From contig CAWHBA010000021.1 of assembly GCA_963827415.1 (NCBI GenBank), positions 163,288 to 227,287 on the forward strand: DNA of 64,000 nt, read 5' to 3'. The translations under genes and the position numbers were made by a program. The DNA is from an uncultured Acidobacteriaceae bacterium. GTDB taxonomy: Bacteria; Acidobacteriota; Terriglobia; Terriglobales; Acidobacteriaceae. The notes below the pieces were generated by a model. That model did not search any database. It was not told where the DNA came from and worked only from the letters and a program-made list of their open reading frames with translations. Each line of letters starts with the position of its first letter. The stretch's first letter is position 1. This document shows, piece by piece, positions 49,357 through 59,218 of the stretch.

Positions 49357-50520
49357 ATGAAGAAGCGGACAGTACTCGGTTACAGGCGCGAGAACGGACG
49401 CGTCGGCGTGCGCAATCACGTCATCATCCTTCCCGTAGACGACATCTCCAATGCGGCATGCGAAGCAGTCGCCAACAACATCAAGGGAACGCTCGCACTT
49501 CCCCACGCCTACGGCCGTCTGCAGTTCGGCGAAGACCTCGACCTGCATTTCCGCACGATGATCGGCACGGGCAGCAATCCGAACGTCGCGGCGGTCGTGG
49601 TCATCGGCATCGAGTCTGGCTGGACGCAGCGCATCGTCGATGGCATCGCGAAGACCGGAAAGCCAGTGAAGGGCTTCTCGATCGAAGGCAAGGGAGACAT
49701 TCAGACCATCGCCGAGGCCTCGCGCCAGGCGAAGGAATATGTCCAGTGGGCCTCCGAACTGCAACGCACCGAATGCGGGCTCGAAGAGCTTTACATCAGC
49801 GTGAAGTGCGGAGAGTCCGACACGACGACCGGCCTCTCGAGCTGCCCAACAGTAGGAAACGTCATCGACAAGCATTGCGCGGTCGGTGGGACGGCCTCCT
49901 TCGGCGAGACGAGTGAACTCACCGGCGCCGAGCACATCGTCGCATCCAAGGCCGCCAATGACGAGGTCCGCAAAGAGTTCTTTGAGGCCTTCGAAGACTA
50001 CACAAAACTTGTGTTTGACCAGAAGACGAATGATCTCTCCGAGTCACAGCCGACCAAAGGGAACATCGCCGGCGGTCTCACTACGATCGAAGAGAAGGCA
50101 CTGGGTAACGTTGAGAAGCTCGGCAAGAAGACAAAGTTTGTCGGCTGCCTTAAGCCGGCCGTTGCTCCCGACAAGCCGGGCCTTTGGTTCATGGATACGT
50201 CCAGTGCGGCCGCAGAAGCTGTCACGCTTTGGGCTGCCTCCGGTGCTGTCGTTCACCTCTTCCCCACGGGCCAGGGCAACGTGATTGGCAATCCGATCGA
50301 GCCAGTTATCAAGCTCAGCGGCAATCCAAAGACCGTCAAGTACATGTCCGAGCATATCGATCTCGATGTGTCGAAGATTCTCCAGGGAGAGATGACGCTC
50401 GATGAGGCTGGCGATGCTCTGCTGGATGTCATCGTGCGCACCGCAAACGGCCGCCTTACTGCTGCCGAGGCGCTTGGCCATCGTGAGTTTGTCATGACCA
50501 AGCTCTACCGCAGCGCGTAA
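49357..50520 (+). CDS. UxaA-family large (catalytic) subunit (SuyB-like / altronate-dehydratase-like)
   Basis: 387 aa from ATG 49357; ..[20 protein letters not shown].., ..[18 protein letters not shown].., ..[12 protein letters not shown].., ..[19 protein letters not shown]... Confidence 0.7.
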   Translation: MKKRTVLGYRRENGRVGVRNHVIILPVDDISNAACEAVANNIKGTLALPHAYGRLQFGEDLDLHFRTMIGTGSNPNVAAVVVIGIESGWTQRIVDGIAKTGKPVKGFSIEGKGDIQTIAEASRQAKEYVQWASELQRTECGLEELYISVKCGESDTTTGLSSCPTVGNVIDKHCAVGGTASFGETSELTGAEHIVASKAANDEVRKEFFEAFEDYTKLVFDQKTNDLSESQPTKGNIAGGLTTIEEKALGNVEKLGKKTKFVGCLKPAVAPDKPGLWFMDTSSAAAEAVTLWAASGAVVHLFPTGQGNVIGNPIEPVIKLSGNPKTVKYMSEHIDLDVSKILQGEMTLDEAGDALLDVIVRTANGRLTAAEALGHREFVMTKLYRSA

Positions 50521-50540
50521 CGGGCCTGAGCAATCGAGCA

Positions 50541-51608
50541 ATGAAACGATTTCTACCGTCTTACTTGCAGCAAATTACAGCTCGACTAGCTGAACACGTC
50601 GGCGTCTCACCCGAGGACGCGGAGATCTTCGCCCACGCCCTCGTGGACGCCGACGTGCACGGCACCTCCACGCACGGAGTCTCACGGCTCAATATCTATC
50701 TTGAACGGATCAGCAAGGGCCTCATCAGCCCGAGCGCAAAGCTGGCCGTCGACCGGGCGCATGGCAGCGTGCTCGCGCTGGACGCCTGCAACGGTCTGGG
50801 GCAGGTGCAGGCGATGAAAGCGCTCCAACTGCTCATGCCCCTTGCAAAGACAAACGGCGTCGCGGCGGCCACCATCCGCAACTCGCAACACTTCGGCGCG
50901 GTTTCTTATTACTGCAACTACGCCGCCGAGCACGGAATGATTTTGCTCGCGATGACAAACTGCGAGCCGGCGATGTCTCCCACCGGTGGTTATGAACCAT
51001 TCTTCGGAACCAATCCAATCGCAGCCTCATTCCCCCGCAAAGATGGGCCGCCGGTAAAGGTAGATCTGGCTACTTCGATTGTTGCCAGGGGAAACATCAT
51101 CGCTGCCAACAAGAAAAAAGAGTCGATACCGGAAGGGTGGGCTCTGAGCAGGACCGGAGAACCAACGACGGACGCGGCGGAAGCTCTACTCGGGACCGTT
51201 CAAACGATGGCCGGACACAAGGGCTACGCGTTGGCTCTCATGGTCGAGGTTCTCAGTGGTGTTCTATCAGGTGCGGCCATAGGCTCCGATATCGGCTCGA
51301 TGTACAAGAACCTCGATCGCAAGCAGGATGTTGGGCATTTCTTCTGCCTCTTCGACATCGCGGCGTTCATGGATGAGAGCGTGTTTGACGATCGCATGAG
51401 TTGGATGGTGGATCGCCTGAAGTCTAATAAGCTGCGCCCCGGCGCCGACGAGATTTTGATTCCGGGAGAGCGTTCAGCGCGTGCGGCTACTAAAAACGAA
51501 TGCAACGGAGTTGTCCTCGGCCCGGAAACCGTTGTCGAACTTGAGAAATGGTGTAAGCACTTTGGCATCTCCTTCGATGCCGATGGGACCGGTGGGATAA
51601 ATGGCTGA
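50541..51608 (+). CDS. Ldh_2-family (malate/L-lactate/sulfolactate dehydrogenase-type) oxidoreductase (ComC-like)
   Basis: 355 aa; ..DVHGTSTHGVSRL..Y.., ..NSQHFGA..YY.., ..FGTNPIA..FP.., ..MAGHKGYALALMVE... Confidence 0.7.
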   Translation: MKRFLPSYLQQITARLAEHVGVSPEDAEIFAHALVDADVHGTSTHGVSRLNIYLERISKGLISPSAKLAVDRAHGSVLALDACNGLGQVQAMKALQLLMPLAKTNGVAAATIRNSQHFGAVSYYCNYAAEHGMILLAMTNCEPAMSPTGGYEPFFGTNPIAASFPRKDGPPVKVDLATSIVARGNIIAANKKKESIPEGWALSRTGEPTTDAAEALLGTVQTMAGHKGYALALMVEVLSGVLSGAAIGSDIGSMYKNLDRKQDVGHFFCLFDIAAFMDESVFDDRMSWMVDRLKSNKLRPGADEILIPGERSARAATKNECNGVVLGPETVVELEKWCKHFGISFDADGTGGING

Positions 51609-52584
51609 AATTCTGATCTCGGAAAATATTCGAGGCAACGCAGTGGATTCACTCGCGAAGCGCTTTAACGTGGTGACTATGCCGGAGCTCTGGCGCGATC
51701 CTGCGGCACTCGCCAAGGAGATCGCGGGCGCGAGAGCTCTGATTATCCGGAATCAGACGCAGATTACCGATGATCTGCTTTGCGGCGCCAAGAATCTGGT
51801 CGTCCTCGGCCGCGCTGGTGTCGGTCTCGACAATGTCGATCTCAAAGCTTGCGAAAAAGCTGGCATCATCGTAACGTCCACGCCGGAGCAGAGCTCGATC
51901 AGCGTCGCTGAATTGGCAATTGGGCTGATGATCTCCCTCGCACGACAGATCCCCGCGGCGGACGCCGACACAAAGCAAGGCAACTGGAACCGTCAGCGTT
52001 TCTCTGGCACCGAACTGCACGGCAAGACATTCGGCATCATTGGGGCCGGCAGGATCGGCCTCGCGACTGCACGCAGAGCACAGGCCTTCGGTATGAAGAT
52101 CCTGGCATACGATCCGTTCGTCAGTCGCGACAACGTGTTTCTCGCCGAGTTGAACGCCGAGGTTGTCGCCTTCGAAGACGTGCTCGCGCGCGCTGACGTT
52201 ATCTCGTGCCATCTGCCCGCGACAGCGCAGACATTGCAAATCATCAATGCCAGTGCGTTCGCACGCATGAAGCCAACTGCCCTTTTCATCAACACCTCAC
52301 GCGGTGAGGTCGTAGATGAAGCCGCTCTTGTCGATGCACTCAAATCGAACACAATTGCGGGCGCTGCGCTCGATGTGCGCGAGACGGAACCTCCCGTCGC
52401 GGGCGAACTTGAAAAATTACCTAATGTTCTGTTGATGCCGCATATAGCCGCGCTCACCCGTGAGGCCCAGGCACGCGTGACGCGGGCAATCTGCGAAGAT
52501 GTCGCTCGTGTTCTCGATGGCCAGCCACCCTTGAACGCGGTACTTGTGCCACAGGTCTCAAGGAACGGATCCAAGAAGAGCTAA
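51601..52584 (+). CDS. D-isomer-specific 2-hydroxyacid dehydrogenase (PGDH-like)
   Basis: 327 aa; ..GKTFGIIGAGRIGLATARRAQAFGMKILAYDP.., ..NTSRGEVVDE.AL.., ..AALDV...EP.., ..PHIAA.T. ATG overlaps the previous stop. Confidence 0.75.
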   Translation: MAEILISENIRGNAVDSLAKRFNVVTMPELWRDPAALAKEIAGARALIIRNQTQITDDLLCGAKNLVVLGRAGVGLDNVDLKACEKAGIIVTSTPEQSSISVAELAIGLMISLARQIPAADADTKQGNWNRQRFSGTELHGKTFGIIGAGRIGLATARRAQAFGMKILAYDPFVSRDNVFLAELNAEVVAFEDVLARADVISCHLPATAQTLQIINASAFARMKPTALFINTSRGEVVDEAALVDALKSNTIAGAALDVRETEPPVAGELEKLPNVLLMPHIAALTREAQARVTRAICEDVARVLDGQPPLNAVLVPQVSRNGSKKS

Positions 52585-52620
52585 GCTATTTCAAAGTCAT
52601 GATGTAACAATCGTTGCATT

Positions 52621-54145
52621 ATGTATGATCGGCTCTGCCCCAAACGTCTTTCGGCTGTCCGTGCACTGACCTTTCTGTGTCTTTATGCCGCAGCGAGCTC
52701 GAGCTCCCCTGCTCACGGCTAATGCTCTTCGGAAGGCGGGCACAACGGTACGGATTGAACTAATCGGCGATTCCACGCAAACAAATAATGCGGGATATGG
52801 CCGCGGTTTTTGTGCAAACCTTACGGCCGTCGCCGACTGCTTAAATATGGCGCACGGTGGCGCAAGCACGAAGACCTTTCGCGCCGATGGATTCTGGGCT
52901 AAGAGTCTGGCGACAAAACCGGATTACATGCTCATCCAGTTCGGTCATAACGATATGGAATCGACCGATCACCTTCCGCGCCAGACAACGATGGCCGAGT
53001 ATGAGCAGAACCTTCGCCAATTCGTCAGCGAAGCGCGGGCCGCCGGTATTCATCCCATCCTCGTCACTCCCCTTACGCGCCGGTACTTCGGTCCGGATGG
53101 CAAGATCCACAGCGATCTGCTTGCGCACTCTGACACGATGATGCGAGTGGCAGCATCCATGAAGGTGCCGCTCATCGATCTTCAGTCCGAAAGCATCGAT
53201 TATCTCGACGGGATCGGCCCTTCTGCGGGTCAGGCACTTGGAATCACGAAGAAGGACACCGACGGCCAGACAATACCCGACAAGACTCACCTCAACTGGC
53301 AAGGAAGTTATGTCTTCGGCCGCATGGTTGCCGTCGATCTCGGCAAGACCGTGCCGGCACTCGCCAGGTATGTGCAGCCCAAGCCAGCGGAGCTACCTGA
53401 GGAAGGTAGACTCGCGATGCGCGTGATTGATCAGGAGCCCTTCAAGATCGTATTGGTCGGGGACTCGACCGTCGCCGAAGAGGGCGGCTGGGGCCCAGGC
53501 TTCTGCGCGACGCTGACGCCGAACGTCACCTGCGTGGATCTCGCGCGCAATGGCCGCAGTACAAAGAGTTTCATCGACGAAGGCCTCTGGGCGCAGGCAA
53601 TTGCAGAGCATGGGCAGTATTACTTCATTCAATTCGGCCACAATGACCAGAAGCCCGCTCCATCGCTCCACACAGATCCCCAAACCACCTTCGCTGCCAA
53701 CCTGCGCCGCTTCATAAGCGATGTTCGCGATATTGGCGGCATTCCCATCCTGGTGACTCCTCTGAGTCGCCGGAACTACAGAGAGGGGACACTCATTCAG
53801 GACGACGGCCTCGGCGACTATGCGGCTGCCATGCACCAGGTCGCCGACGAAGAGGATGTCACGGTCGTCGATCTGTTGAGCATGTCACGCCGTCTGCTCT
53901 CAGGCATGGATCAGCAGCAGGCCGATCAATTCGACGCGCAAGCTCATCCGGATGCGAAAGCAGAGAACGCCCCCGCAAAGCCAGATCGAACGCACCTGAA
54001 CGAGCATGGGAAGCAGGTCTTTGGCCGGCTTGTCGCGGACAATGTCATCCGCACGCAGGTGGAACTGGGCCCGAACGTCAGCGGCGTTCCCACACAAGCT
54101 CCGAGTAAAGCGGCACAACAACCCGCTCCAACCGACGGACACTGA
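52621..54145 (+). pseudogene. Tandem double SGNH/GDSL esterase (two CE12 rhamnogalacturonan-acetylesterase-like domains); signal-peptide frameshift as sequenced
   Basis: Domain 1 has IELIGDSTQTNNAGYGRGFC..IQFGHNDM. Domain 2 has IVLVGDSTVAEEGGWGPGFC..IQFGHNDQ. The signal peptide MYDRLCPKRLSAVRALTFLCLYAAASSSS is in another frame, with the switch at a C-run at 52706-52709. Confidence 0.7.
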
Positions 54146-54277
54146 GTTACATTGGCGCGCCAACCGTTGTTGTGCGCAACTCCATCCGCAATACGACACG
54201 ATTGACAACCCCACCGCTCTCACACTAGGGTTCCTTTCGAAACTATTTCAGATTCGAATCCACCCTTGGAAAATCGA

Positions 54278-55612
54278 ATGACCTGCACTTCCCTTCGCGC
54301 TGCTTTTGTTTGTCTCAGCATCCTTGCTCTCTCGGCCGCAGTTACCGCGCAGGAGGCGCCACCGCCTCCGAAACCCGCACCCGCCGTCGTCGCCGGCATT
54401 CCAGTGAACTACGACGAAGCAAAGGTCGGCACCTATACCCTTCCCGATGCACTCGTGCTGGAAAATGGCAAGCCGGTGCGCGACGCGAAGACCTGGACAA
54501 AGAAGCGCCGGCCGGAGATCGTCTCCCTCTTCGAAACACAGCAGTACGGCAAGGCACCGGGCCGCCCTCCCGCTGAATCATTCGATGTGTTTGATAAGGG
54601 CACTCCTGCGCTCAACGGCAAGGCGATCCGCAAGCAGGTGATGATCTACCTCGCGGCGGACCACACGGGTCCCGCAATTCAACTGCTCATGTATCTGCCC
54701 GCAGGCATCACTAAGCCCGTTCCCATGTTTCTCACCATCAACTTCGGTGCCATACAGAACGCTGTTGATGATCCGGGAATTAAGCCGGAGACCGTTTGGA
54801 ATCCAAAGACCAATACACGCAATGCGCCGCCCGCGGGACGCGGATTCGGACGCATCAATATCGAGCCGCTTCTCGATGCCGGCATCGGAGTCGCCACCTT
54901 CTACTACGGCGACGTCGATCCCGACTATCTGAACGGCTTCAGCAACGGCATTCGTGCAGTTTATGCAGGATCCGGCGGCACCGAAGAGAATCGCGCGCCT
55001 GATGCATGGGGATCCATCGCGGCATGGGCGTGGGGTATGAGTCGAGTCGAAGACTACTTCGAAACCGACAAGAGCGTCGACGCAAAACGCGTGGCGATTC
55101 ACGGCGTATCGCGCCTCGGCAAGACCGTGATGTGGGCCGGAGCGCACGACGAACGCTTCGCGGCGGTCATCGCGAGCTGTTCGGGTGAAGGAGGTGCGGC
55201 GCTCAGCCATCGCGATTACGGCGAGACAGTCGCACATCTCACCGCGCCCACGCGTTACCCGTACCAGTTCGCTGCGAACTATGCGAAGTGGGGCGGATTC
55301 CCAGACAAAGCGCCAATGGATGCGAATATGCTCGTCGCCCTCATCGCGCCGCGCCCGCTCCTGCTGCAAACCGGCAGCACGGACTTCTGGTCTGATCCCA
55401 AAGGCGAGTTCCTCGCGGAGGTCGCCGCCGGACCGGTGTACAAGCTTCTAGGCAAGCAGGACCTCGGCACAGACGCATGGCCAGCGCCGAAACAGCCTAT
55501 ATTCACCGACGGTCTCAACTACTACATGCACGAAGGTGGCCACGGCATGGTACCCAGCGACTGGGACATCTACGTCCAGTTCCTCAAGCAGAGTCTGCAT
55601 CCGGAGCGCTAG
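54278..55612 (+). CDS. CE15 glucuronoyl methylesterase
   Basis: Signal peptide, then ..RVAIHGVSRLGKTVMWAGAHDERFAAVIASCSGEGGAA.. (G-x-S-R-x-GK nucleophile motif) and ..YYMHEGGHG... Confidence 0.75.
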   Translation: MTCTSLRAAFVCLSILALSAAVTAQEAPPPPKPAPAVVAGIPVNYDEAKVGTYTLPDALVLENGKPVRDAKTWTKKRRPEIVSLFETQQYGKAPGRPPAESFDVFDKGTPALNGKAIRKQVMIYLAADHTGPAIQLLMYLPAGITKPVPMFLTINFGAIQNAVDDPGIKPETVWNPKTNTRNAPPAGRGFGRINIEPLLDAGIGVATFYYGDVDPDYLNGFSNGIRAVYAGSGGTEENRAPDAWGSIAAWAWGMSRVEDYFETDKSVDAKRVAIHGVSRLGKTVMWAGAHDERFAAVIASCSGEGGAALSHRDYGETVAHLTAPTRYPYQFAANYAKWGGFPDKAPMDANMLVALIAPRPLLLQTGSTDFWSDPKGEFLAEVAAGPVYKLLGKQDLGTDAWPAPKQPIFTDGLNYYMHEGGHGMVPSDWDIYVQFLKQSLHPER

Positions 55613-58600
55613 ATGAAACGGGCTTTTGCGGCTCTCGCCATAGCCACTCTTGCCGTCACTGGCGCTGCGCAAACGAGTTCAGACCCTCTCCTCGCGGGCT
55701 TCAAGAATCCGCCAGATTCCGCGCGTCCGCGGACATGGTGGCATTGGACCAACGGCAACGTCACGGAAACCGGCATCACCAAAGACCTCGAATGGATGAA
55801 ACGCGTCGGCATCGGCGGCTTTCAGCTTGCGGACGTCTCCGCTGGCGGAGGCCAGGAGGTCGAGCCAAAGATTCACTTCGGCACCGAGGAGTGGTACCAC
55901 GCAGTGCGTCACTCGGCAGAGGAAGCGCGACGTCTCAATCTCGAGATGAGCATCTTCAGTTGCGCTGGTTGGAGTGAGGCCGGTGGTCCGTGGGTGACGC
56001 AACTCATGGCGATGAAGAAACTTGTCTGGAGCGAGACCACGATCGACGGCCCAAAGCGGTTTGAGAATCAACTTCCCTCGCCGCCATCGAATGAAGGCCC
56101 CGTGCGCGATTCAACCGCTGGTGCCCGCCCGGACGCGCCGCACTTCTATCGCGACTCCGCCGTCATCGCCTACCGCACACCACAAGACTCCGTGCCGATG
56201 GCATCACTGCATCCGCGCGCCACTACAAATAATGGCCCCATCGACAGCGCTCCCCTGCTCGACGACAGTCTCAACACATCCGCCACGATCAGCGCTCCCA
56301 AAGACGGTTCGCCTGCTTGGCTGCAGTATGAGTTCGACCAGCCGTTCACTGCGCGAGCACTCTCGTTCGGCGCGCACGGCCGCATTCCTGTCGGCAGAAT
56401 TCTTGCCAGCGACGATGGCCATACATTCCGTACCATTCTCACGATGCCCGGGCCGCAGGGCTATCACGGTGCGTCCATCCGCACCTACGCCTTTGCCGCC
56501 ACAACCGCGCGCTACTTCCGCGTCGAGCTCGACGCCGCAGGCCTCACCCCTGCGGCGGTCATTCACGGTGGCCCGCTGGTACCCGCAAGCAACTATGTTG
56601 TCACCGAAGCGATTTTTTACACCGATGCTCGCGTAAGGCGCTGGGAGGACAAGGGCGCGCTTCGGCAGCCTCATGGATGCGTACGAGGTCGTACCCACAC
56701 CGTCTGCACCGCTTTCCGCCGAGATCAATCCCAAAGACATCATCGATCTCACGTCACGGATGCGGCCTGACGGCAAGCTCGATTGGGATGTTCCCGCCGG
56801 ACACTGGACGGTGTTGCGCATGGGCTATTCACTTACCGGCGCGCGAAATCGACCCTCCGTCCCTGCAGGCAGCGGCTATGAGGTCGACAAACTGAATGCC
56901 GCCTACGTGCATCAATATTTCTCCGGTTACGTTGATCCCTTGCAGCAGCATCTCGGTTCACTGCTTGGCTCAACCACGCACTACATGACGATGGACAGTT
57001 GGGAAGCCGGGATGCAGAACTGGACCGACGACATGATCGCGCAGTTCACCCGTCGCCGTGGCTATGATCCGCGGCCGTGGTTGCCCGTGCTTGCTGGCCG
57101 CGTCGTCGGGAGCGCCGCATTGAGCGATCGTTTCCTCTGGGACTTCCGTCGCACCCTCGCCGACATGTATGCCGATGAGTTCTACGGAACGATGTCTGAT
57201 GAGTTGCACAAGCGAGGCATGGAAGACTACGCCGAGGCCTCAGGAGTCGCACTCGAAATCCCCGAGGACACCCTGCTGAACAAAAGCAAGGTTGATATCC
57301 CTATGGCCGAGTTCTGGGTGCGCGCCTTGCATCCGGAGTCCATGTACTACGTCGATGTTCGCGGCGCGGCATCTACAGCCCATGTCTACGGCAAGCCTAT
57401 CGTGGCAACCGAGTCCTTCACCGGCGGCGGCTATGAGTCACCTTTCACCTTGAAGAAGATCGCCGACTACTGGTTCGCGCAGGGCGTCAACCGTCTGGTC
57501 TTTCACACCTCGGCACAGCAGCCGCTCGATACGCCGCCCGGCAACACGATGGTGGGCACGCACATCAATCGAAACATCACATGGGCCGAACAGGCTCGCC
57601 CCTTCATGGATTACGTGGCGCGCGTCTCGTACATGCTCCAGCAGGGCAGCTTCGTTGCGGATCTCGCCTATCTGTTACCCGAAGGCGCTCCATCGACAAT
57701 GCCCTTCTGGGGCTCCGGGCTTAAGCCCGCTCCGCCTCCGGGCTACGACTACGACTACATCAACACAGACATTCTTCTTCACCACACCCGCGCTGATGCA
57801 GATGGGATTCATCTCGACAGCGGCATGACCTACCGCGTCTTGGTCCTGCCGCCTACGCAAGAGATGACCCCTGAAGTTCTGCGTAAGTTGCATGAGCTCG
57901 TCGCCGCCGGCGGAGTCATCCTCGGCCCCCGCCCGACCGCCTCGCCGAGCCTTCAGCACTATCCGAATGCCGATGACGAGGTCCACGCCCTCGCGACCGA
58001 TCTCTGGGGAGACACCGACGGCATCGCCGATAACCAGCACCACTTCGGCAAAGGCACAGTCTACTCAGGCCTCGCTCTCAACGATCTGCTGGCCCGGCTA
58101 CATATCGAGCCAGACTTCGCCGCTGCGGGCTACCCGGATCAGCCCCTGCGTGGATTCATCGGCATCTCTCTGACGGCGACGCCTACTTCGTCGCTAACCA
58201 GTCCGACCAGCCGGCGCACATTGAAGTTCGTCTGCGGGCCACAGGATCCAACGTACAAATCTGGCGACCCATGGATGGATCAGCCACTGCAGCATCAGCG
58301 ACTGCCGGTGCGATCAGCGAGAACTACTCAGGCAACCGCCAACCGGGACTGCAGCCTGCAACCTACACCCAGGAGTCCGGCTTCACCACCGTTCAACTTG
58401 ACCTTGCTGCTCGTGAATCCGCCTTCGTGGTGCTTCGCAATCACGGGCAACCGCTGCGCATCAGCACCCGCGCCTACGCGCCATACAGTCATGACGATCC
58501 AAGGTCCATGGACTGTCAGCTTTCCCCCACACCTCGGTGCGCCAACAAATATCCGACTCAACAAACCCAGCTTCTGGACGGAAAACTCAGATCCCGGAGT

Positions 58601-58976
58601 TAAGTTCTTCTCCGGCACGGCGACCTATTCCACGACCTTCACGGTGACGGCCTCTGCGCTTCGCGCCAAACGCCTGTTCCTACATCTCGATGATGTCCGC
58701 GACATCGCGCAGATCAGAATCAACGGCAAGACCGCTGGACTCACCTGGGCGCCCCCCTACGACGTCGACGTCACCGACACACTCCACTCAGGTTCCAACA
58801 AACTCGAGATTGCCGTAACGAATGAATGGACGAACCGTATTATCGGTGATCGCAGCTTGCCCGCGAATCAGCGCGTCCTTCCGGGCGTACCACCCGCCCG
58901 CTTCGGGCCACCACCCACGCTGCCCGAATCCGGGATCAACGGCAATGTCACGTTGCTGAGTGAAGTCCTTCCATAA
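55613..58976 (+). pseudogene. GH106-like glycoside hydrolase (alpha-L-rhamnosidase family), three frameshifts as sequenced
   Basis: ..FKNPPDSARPRTWWHWTNGNVTETGITKDLEWMKRVGIGGFQL... Switches at ~56659, ~58148 and 58465-58490. The true segment ..WIHRHLSDGDAYFVANQSDQPAHIEVRLRATGSNVQIWRPMDGS..ESAFVVL.. is out of frame inside an ORF that stays open. Confidence 0.55.
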
Positions 58977-59218
58977 CCGCTGTCAGGAAGACGTCGCGCC
59001 TCTCCGGCAAATTCCTTGTTCGAGTCCGCGACCAGATTCGAGCCCGTGTTGGGCTGCACCGCAAGCTGGATGGGGATGCCATCTGGTGACATTCTCATCC
59101 GCTGCGGCGACGCCTCGATTGACCGCTACCTCGACAGGCCCAGCCTACAGCATGTGACGTTGCGATACGTTCTCCGTGGACGCACCGCCCCATGCGAGCT
59201 GGGCCCTCGTGTGTCCGG

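Noticed and set aside
58977-59218. Small ORFs (65-76 aa) in the convergent gap between the GH106-like gene and the lipoprotein gene
   Set aside because: They have no start context and no recognisable motif, and they overlap on both strands. The region is most likely only a 3' untranslated or terminator region.
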